A model generated the notes under the pieces. The model did not search any database and had not been told where the DNA came from. It saw only the letters and a program-made list of their open reading frames with translations. From a virus (lineage: Duplodnaviria > Caudoviricetes), in the IMG/VR virus record IMGVR_UViG_3300020045_016215, positions 1-39,014 of that record: a DNA stretch of 39,014 nt; one strand, 5' to 3'. The number at the start of each line of letters is the position of its first letter. Position 1 is the stretch's first letter. The position numbers and the translations under genes were made by a program. Of this stretch, positions 35,601 through 39,014 are shown piece by piece.

Positions 35601-37297
35601 ATTCTGTTGAAAATTTAGCTTTTAAACGTTTAAGAAATGAGGGTTATTTGGAAAAATTATCTAATTTAACAAAGGATAAAACAATACAAGGATTTGGTTT
35701 AGACCAAATTAATGAAGTAGGGGAAGGTAACATAAAACCATATCCTACTTCAATTATGAAACAGGAGGATTATGAAAAAGAAATTAAATTTATATCTGAT
35801 TCAGGATTAGATTATAGAATAAATTTAGATGGTTGGTCTAATTATTTAACTGTTAGTTTTTTGGTTAAAGACGAAGATGTTAAAGAAACAAATAAAGGAG
35901 AATTATTTAAAATAATGTCTACTGTTGTACATGAAATTAAAAAATATATTAATGACAATTCAAATATTCTTAATATAATTTATACTCCTTCTGATAAGAA
36001 AAATTCCACAAATAATTTGGATAATCAAAGGGATAAATTATATAGAGCATACATAAATAAAATAATACCTGGAGGAAAATTTAAAACTATTGGAACAACT
36101 GTAATGTATACATTTCCAAAAATAAAAAATATTAATGAATCTGAAAAAGAATTAAATGTTCAAGATATTGTTTATAAACAAGATCCTAATTTATTAAAAG
36201 AAGGTATTAAAAAAGAAATAATATTTTTACAATCTATGTTACCTCAACTCCAACATAGTTTTGGGGGCAAAGAAAAAAGAGAAACATTTTGGAATTTTAT
36301 AAAAAATTTAAAAGGTAAAATTAAAAGAGTACCATTAAATTCAATATTCCCTACCCAAGCTGGTAAAGATTATGAAAATAATAGTTCAATAGAAGAAGCC
36401 AAAGAATTTGAAAAAATAAAAAACGGAGAATTAAATGTAAATGATATAAGAAAAAATAATTATTTTCCATTATTAATAAATAGTAATACTGATAAAATAA
36501 TAGATGGAAACCACAGACACTATGCTTTAACAAAGAATAAAGAACCATATGCTGTATGTTTATTTGTTGATATCCCCTCTCAATACTTGGATGAATTATA
36601 TTCAAACCATGGAGAAATGATAAAAGATAGACATAAAAAAACAATTAATGAAACTATAGATTATGGTAAAGCCTTAATCTCAATGGCTGCTCGTAAAGAT
36701 CCTGATAAAATAACAAATTTAGGAAAAGAATACTTACAAGAATTAGATAAAAATGAAATTGAATATTGGGCAAATCATTTCAATATTTTTAATAAATTAA
36801 AAAATAATCCTGATGAAATATTTGATGAATTAAAATTACAATTAAGAGGAAAACAATTAGAAGCCTTAATATATTTTTATGAATTTCTAAAACAAGATAA
36901 ATCTCAACCTCTTAATGAAGGTCAAATCCAAATTAAAGATCCTAAAATCCAAGAATATATAAATAAAGCCTTAGATTATGCTTGTAATGAATTAAAAACA
37001 CCAAAACCAAAACTAAAATTAATGGATGAAGAATATTCATCAGAATATAAAAGTTTTGCAGGGTTTAATCCATCTAATAATGAAATATATTTAGTTACTA
37101 AAGGGAGAAATTTGGCTGATTTAACAAGAAGTTTGTTCCATGAACAAGTCCACCACTCCCAAAATTTAAAAGGAGAATTAAAACCAGGAGCTGGTAAAGA
37201 TGGAGATAAATGGGAAAATGAAGCTAATTCAAAAGCTGGCTCAATGATGAGAAAGTTTGGACGTGAAAACCCTGAAATATTTACAATATTTTGTTAA
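32648..37297 (+). CDS. 1549-aa multidomain (polyvalent) protein: two pol-beta-type nucleotidyltransferases, HxGH-type NTase-like, DUF5661-like, ParB-like and two zincin HExxH domains
   Basis: GSVGKKDISGDID; PGGMKPPTINH; VELEHT...AMDHL.EDP.YY; RHEIEH; GSSANY..SDIDLH; IIDGNHR; HEQVH...ENEAN. Confidence 0.8.
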   Translation: MDNLNQILNEGGNVFGNTSSIKKEHIQPTLNAFVKELKKLYPKVDFKFDPLGSVGKKDISGDIDLGMSVESFLTKEGEPLLNNWNVKDTEFDPLYDSIKQRSRTSTDVQNKTKAFLEIISKDIDSKSTLIDTNPKSSGFGILFCVFPQYDENGEQTDKTVQIDINIGHLDWLNFSYGNRAYTEHNIKGLHRGQLVLAMFNVLGLVFNHNKGVKDKSTGKFITTDPKEAIDVLNEKFKINLTRDIIDDYFKLSNYLIENLDKETLNKLLDVYLTIIDKSAPKADVPPNLQDYWKKNKERLGLTGKYLPDDSKLKLKESKPLTGFTKYLVESFLKEANKKESIAMIPGGMKPPTINHFYIVNEISKRPEIDKVLIFIGSKDRDGITAQNSLDIWNIYKKHLNNKVIFKISTISPVREIYEYLEGNPENFYFLVFGREEDSGRFKQAEEKYDNIKIINFPDLGKDNSISGTKARQEIINNNFDAFQKFMPVELNNDERKQVWNIVSKTKITEIIPGGLSQNKTLKDISKHHNTPLSNLLIQLTKGINVELEHTTDKEIAKEIAMDHLWEDPIYYDKLSNIENDTINEGAYDTITNKVSSEMFNFWKKEFENNPSNKKIIFEKYYELQNSKGHLINFQCFGNFILSKKQPFTQMDGLYEDEGPMITINCWINPKNLPEEWYDISMEIKSTIRHEIEHLTQFTHSTIPNKKMEDDTKTRNRSIKKSGEVKKSYFKLNTEVDAFLQGLYLKSKKSKTPFKELVYDTLKSYNLKDKQIQNILKKWQKRIPALSLPSLYESEEIKEYKNKTELNPQVWENGQIKPKLREALLKIANVFYDSLETQIPLEDILLIGSSANYNWTEFSDIDLHLLLNYGEQEDPELLKNYFNSKKVEFNTKYQLEYKEHPVEVYVQDTNEPNAAQGIYSILNNTWLKEPPKESVEVSDEEINKKTQPIIDKINNFNENTTVEQIKQLRERIAQLRKNGLEAEGEYSVENLAFKRLRNEGYLEKLSNLTKDKTIQGFGLDQINEVGEGNIKPYPTSIMKQEDYEKEIKFISDSGLDYRINLDGWSNYLTVSFLVKDEDVKETNKGELFKIMSTVVHEIKKYINDNSNILNIIYTPSDKKNSTNNLDNQRDKLYRAYINKIIPGGKFKTIGTTVMYTFPKIKNINESEKELNVQDIVYKQDPNLLKEGIKKEIIFLQSMLPQLQHSFGGKEKRETFWNFIKNLKGKIKRVPLNSIFPTQAGKDYENNSSIEEAKEFEKIKNGELNVNDIRKNNYFPLLINSNTDKIIDGNHRHYALTKNKEPYAVCLFVDIPSQYLDELYSNHGEMIKDRHKKTINETIDYGKALISMAARKDPDKITNLGKEYLQELDKNEIEYWANHFNIFNKLKNNPDEIFDELKLQLRGKQLEALIYFYEFLKQDKSQPLNEGQIQIKDPKIQEYINKALDYACNELKTPKPKLKLMDEEYSSEYKSFAGFNPSNNEIYLVTKGRNLADLTRSLFHEQVHHSQNLKGELKPGAGKDGDKWENEANSKAGSMMRKFGRENPEIFTIFC

Positions 37298-37366
37298 ATC
37301 ATGGTATTATATGTATATGTGTTAACCATGTATTAAATACGCTGTAAGACACGTAAAATACATAAA

Positions 37367-37398
37367 TTTGGAGAATATAGAACAATATATTATATTTA
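37367..37398 (+). promoter_or_regulatory. Promoter TTTGG-N19-TATATTTA
   Basis: Exact motif. Confidence 0.7.
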
Positions 37399-37407
37399 AG
37401 GGAATAA

Positions 37408-38415
37408 ATGATTAGTTTAATGGAAATATATAATCAAAATCGATATAATATTTTTTGTGATATTGATGGTGTGTTAGCAAATTTTAATAAAAAATATAAA
37501 GAACTAACAGGTTACAATTCTGAAGAATATGAAAAATTTGATAAGAACAAATTTTGGAAACCTGTTGATAAAATGGGTGTGGAATTTTGGTCTACTTTAG
37601 AATGGATGCCTGAAGGAAAAGAATTATGGAAATATATTAAAAAATATAGACCAAAATTATTAAGTGCTCCATCCCAACATCCTACATCAAAAATAGGGAA
37701 AAAGATTTGGGTAAAACAACATTTACAAAATGTTGAATTAATATTAGTTCCTGCTGTTGAAAAACAAAAATATGCTTCTTCAAATTCAATATTAATTGAT
37801 GATTTTAAAAAGAACATAGAACAATGGAAAAATGCAGGTGGGATTGGGGTATTGTATAAAAATACACAACAAGCAATAAATGAATTAAATAAGTTAGCTA
37901 ATCGGGTGACTGATAGTCCAGAACTTGGTTTAACTAAATTTAAAACTAAGTATAGTTTTGAATGCTATGACAAACATGGTAATTTAAAGTGGACTGATTC
38001 ATTCGAAAATTTAGTTGTAACAGAAGGTTTAAATCTTTTAATTACTAATTCTTTTAAAACAATACCAGGTAGTGTAACTTGGTTTGTTGGATTAAAAGGT
38101 TCTGGTACTGTCGTTGCTGGTGATACTATGTCATCTCATGCTGGGTGGTCTGAGGTTACTACCTATGACGAAGCGAATAGGCCAGGATTTACTGCTGGAA
38201 CTGTAGCGAGTGGTTCAGTGAATAATTCTGCTGCTAAAGCAGTATTTACTATTAGTGGTACAGTAACAGTGAATGGTGCATTTTTAACCTCGAATAATAC
38301 TAAAGGTGGTACTACTGGAAGTTTGTATGGCGCTGGTGACTTTGGTTCCCCTAGGAGCTTAGTTGACAATGACGTACTAAATGTTCAAGTGGATATCACT
38401 GCTACAGCAAGTTAA
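37408..38415 (+). CDS. HAD 5'(3')-deoxyribonucleotidase fused in frame to an unrelated structural-type domain (possible chimera near 37900)
   Basis: CDIDGV, LSAP, K..W, LIDD, W..AGG.G; after NELNKL a G/T/S-rich domain (ENLVVTEG...L.VQVDIT). Confidence 0.75.
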   Translation: MISLMEIYNQNRYNIFCDIDGVLANFNKKYKELTGYNSEEYEKFDKNKFWKPVDKMGVEFWSTLEWMPEGKELWKYIKKYRPKLLSAPSQHPTSKIGKKIWVKQHLQNVELILVPAVEKQKYASSNSILIDDFKKNIEQWKNAGGIGVLYKNTQQAINELNKLANRVTDSPELGLTKFKTKYSFECYDKHGNLKWTDSFENLVVTEGLNLLITNSFKTIPGSVTWFVGLKGSGTVVAGDTMSSHAGWSEVTTYDEANRPGFTAGTVASGSVNNSAAKAVFTISGTVTVNGAFLTSNNTKGGTTGSLYGAGDFGSPRSLVDNDVLNVQVDITATAS

Positions 38416-38450
38416 AACGTAACCTACGTTATAGGTGCAATAAAGGAAAC

Positions 38451-39014
38451 ATGGAAGATATTAAGACTACTGGGACAGACCAGGCTGATGTAAAAGAAGT
38501 TAAGCTAACACAAGAGCAGCTTGATAATATTATCAAGAATGCTATGGGCCGTGCTGGTAAAGAATACCGAGACGCTGCTGAAACGGCCAGCGCAAAACTG
38601 AAGGAGTACGAGACAGAACTTGAGGAACTAAGAAAATTCAAGACTGACAAGGAAACTAAGGTTGGTGAGACTACTGATCTTGAAGCATTGAAGGCGCAGC
38701 TTGAAGAGATGAAAAAGGCTAATCAAACTGTGAACCAGATGCTTGAAAGGATCAAGCGAGAAAAGGAAGATACTGAGAAAACTTTATCTGCTACTAAGAC
38801 TGACGCTATAAATATTCGTAAACGAGTAGCTATGCAGGACGCGGCATCCAAAATTGGATTCTTTGATCCTGAGGATGTACTAAATCTAACTGATCGTTTT
38901 GTTATATTTGATGGTAAGGATATTTTAGTAGTTAATGAAAATGGTACTACTCGAATGAATACTCTATATGAGAATATGAGTCTTGAAGAGTTTTACAAAG
39001 AGTATGCAGAAAAG
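38451..39014 (+). CDS. putative capsid scaffolding protein (partial, runs off window)
   Basis: Hand translation MEDIKTTG...LTQEQLDNII...coiled coil...GFFDPEDV; AAGGA SD-like site; no stop before the window end. Confidence 0.65.
   Translation, partial: MEDIKTTGTDQADVKEVKLTQEQLDNIIKNAMGRAGKEYRDAAETASAKLKEYETELEELRKFKTDKETKVGETTDLEALKAQLEEMKKANQTVNQMLERIKREKEDTEKTLSATKTDAINIRKRVAMQDAASKIGFFDPEDVLNLTDRFVIFDGKDILVVNENGTTRMNTLYENMSLEEFYKEYAEK

Overview
Very AT-rich segment of a large T4-like (myovirus-type) tailed phage, probably infecting Bacteroidota: promoters are Bacteroidota-like TTTGG-N19-TATATTTA and gene starts are A-rich without a Shine-Dalgarno. Almost all genes are on the + strand in the standard genetic code. 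1-6.8 kb: small early-type genes, a TTACGTAA palindrome array, a DUF932 protein and a DRB0094-family RNA ligase. 6.5-13.7 kb: an RNA-gene array of 25 tRNAs covering all 20 amino acids, including tRNA-Ile(UAU), plus five tRNA-shaped RNAs with collapsed anticodon loops, several structured spacers, two homing endonucleases, a metallophosphoesterase and a YkuK-type RNase H-like gene. 13.8-30.4 kb: HD hydrolase, gp55-like sigma factor and a baseplate/tail module. 30.4-37.9 kb: GIY-YIG nuclease, primase, PD-(D/E)XK exonuclease, a 1549-aa multidomain protein and a HAD nucleotidase. The most notable finding is an apparent ribosome-coupled transcription attenuator at 9940-10116 in front of the main tRNA block. 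Codons 2-23 of its 31-codon leader encode exactly the 16 amino acids whose tRNAs lie downstream, and it has mutually exclusive antiterminator and terminator helices followed by an rrn-type boxA. Both window ends (1-494 and beyond ~37900) look rearranged or chimeric. All calls are by eye; no database searches were run.
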